A DNA stretch of 64,000 nt, from contig MU054220.1 of the NCBI GenBank assembly GCA_013239625.1, positions 1,851,509 to 1,915,508 of the forward strand. Reading direction: 5' to 3'. This DNA is from Lama guanicoe. Taxonomy: Eukaryota. The notes under the pieces are model-generated. The model was not told the origin of the DNA and ran no database searches. It saw only the letters and a program-made list of their open reading frames with translations. Every line of letters begins with the position of its first letter. Within the stretch, counting starts at the first letter, position 1. This document shows positions 63,401 through 64,000 of the stretch, one piece after another. The translations under genes and the position numbers were made by a program.

Positions 63401-64000
63401 ATTTTTTTTTTTGGATGTGATTTTAAAAGGGATTTTTTTTTTTATTTTCCTTTTCTGATATTTCATTGTTAGTGCAAAGAAAAGCAACTGATTTCTGTAT
63501 GTTAATCTTGTATCCTGCTATCTTGCCAAATTCTTTTATCAGCACTAGTAGTTTTTGTGTGGAGCCTTTACGGTTTTCCATATATAGTATCATGGCATCC
63601 ACATATAGTGACAATTTTACCTCTTCTCTTCCAATTTGGATCCCTTTTGTTTCTTTTTGTTGTCTGATTTCTATGGCTAGGACTTTCAATACTAGAAGTG
63701 AGAGTGAGAATGAATAGAAATGGTGAGAGTGGGCATCCTTGTCTTGTACCAGATTTTAGCAGGAAGGCTTTCAACTTTTCACCATTGGGTATTATGTTGG
63801 CTGTAGGTTTGTCATAATTAGCTTTTATTATGTTGAGATATGTTCCCTCTATACCCACTTTGGTAAGAATTTTTATCATAAATGGGTGTTGAATTTTATC
63901 AAATTTTTTTCTGCATCTATTGAGATGATCATGTGATTTTTGTCCTTTCTTTTGTTGAGGTGGTGTATTATGTGATTGATTTGCATAGGTTGAACCATCC
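60418..64000 (-). mobile_element. LINE-1 (3'UTR and ORF2 3' half, disrupted), interrupted at 61668-62747 by a younger L1
   Basis: Minus-strand ORF2 peptides: 63568-63879 '[10 protein letters not shown]', 63423-63689 RT core, 62862-63374, 60990-61226 'MRYHLTPVR'; frameshifts between them. Confidence 0.93.
61668..62747 (+). mobile_element. 5'-truncated young LINE-1 nested in the opposite orientation
   Basis: Open 239-aa ORF2 C-terminus (61708-62427), 3'UTR, AATAAA and A tail; TSD AGAAACTGTTT(T/A)GCCTA at 61651-61667 and 62748-62764. Confidence 0.93.

Overview
Mammalian genomic DNA, very probably a camelid (Camelus/Vicugna/Lama) judging by seven Vic-1-like tRNA-derived SINEs. It is syntenic with human 11p11.2, in reverse orientation. 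It contains: (1) the 5' end of DDB2 on the minus strand (coding exons 1-3, CpG-island promoter, and an L1-filled intron 3 running off the left edge); (2) a complete PACSIN3 on the plus strand (9 coding exons, 1275 nt, 424 aa); (3) a complete ARFGAP2 on the plus strand (16 coding exons, 1563 nt, 520 aa, plus a candidate 42-nt cassette exon); (4) the last five coding exons of CSTPP1/C11orf49 on the minus strand, tail-to-tail with ARFGAP2. All exon boundaries were read by hand; they are GT-AG and the phases close. The rest is retroelements and DNA-transposon fossils, including a full-length RPL29 processed pseudogene, a solo ERV LTR and an L1 nested inside another L1. I found no convincing previously undescribed biological system. 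The best second-look items are: candidate alternative exons in ARFGAP2 and CSTPP1, a Gly in place of the usual Asp in the ARFGAP2 zinc finger, a decayed p53 element in the DDB2 5'UTR, a branch point inside a hairpin in PACSIN3, a near-perfect 408-bp tandem duplication, and a 41-bp TSD-flanked micro-insertion. Comparisons with human or mouse sequences are from memory, not from an alignment.
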